A DNA stretch of 62,969 bases, from the NCBI GenBank assembly GCA_033853615.1, contig JAWOLK010000036.1:1-62969 (forward strand), written 5' to 3'. Numbering within the stretch: the stretch's first letter is position 1; every line of letters starts with the position of its first letter. A model generated the notes under the pieces. It was not told the DNA's origin. It saw only the letters and a list, made by a program, of their open reading frames with translations, and made no database searches. The DNA comes from Beijerinckiaceae bacterium. GTDB taxonomy: Bacteria > Pseudomonadota > Alphaproteobacteria > Rhizobiales > Beijerinckiaceae. Both the position numbers and the translations under genes were made by a program. Positions 62,899 through 62,969 of the stretch are shown piece by piece.

Positions 62899-62969
62899 AT
62901 GAACGCACACTTCAGGAACATCGCCCTCTGGGCAATCATCGGCCTGCTGGTCGTGGCGCTCGTCATGCT
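62899..62969 (+). CDS. ftsH: ATP-dependent zinc metalloprotease FtsH (5' fragment)
   Basis: MNAHFRNIALWAIIGLLVVALVM is the typical alphaproteobacterial FtsH start; follows tilS. Confidence 0.85.
   Translation, partial: MNAHFRNIALWAIIGLLVVALVM

Overview
GC-rich alphaproteobacterial chromosome segment. Gene orders, LexA boxes and repeat style fit Hyphomicrobiales, plausibly Methylocystis/Methylocystaceae; this taxon is an inference, not verified. Most of the window is conserved housekeeping DNA: TPP riboswitch-thiC, a P-type ATPase, fadL-like, mrp/apbC, lexA-comEC-gltX-gltA, the rpsB-tsf-pyrH-frr-uppS-cdsA-dxr-rseP-bamA-lpxD-fabZ-lpxA-lpxB block, lpdA, rpmI-rplT, comM, hflKC-degP, serB, miaA, fdxA-carD-rpoH-like-M48-SNase-like, and cpoB-tilS-ftsH. 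The main accessory block is a ~13.5 kb type II secretion system (gspO,J,I,H,F,E,L,M,C/N-like,D,K,G) in four opposing blocks. It has a probable lipidated secretin with a ~125-aa Gly/Ser insertion and two uncharacterised four-Cys exported proteins. This is the best candidate for an under-described system, but its novelty and cargo cannot be shown from sequence alone. Other points: no lpxI between lpxA and lpxB, LexA boxes before lexA and comM, a PhaR-like palindrome before gltA, a CarD with a long Ala/Pro/Lys N-terminal arm, an AT-richer sterol-desaturase-family gene plus a 63-aa membrane protein at a synteny break, and degenerate ~100-bp palindromic intergenic repeats. I saw no tRNA, rRNA, CRISPR array, integrase or transposase. 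All calls come from motif recognition by eye.
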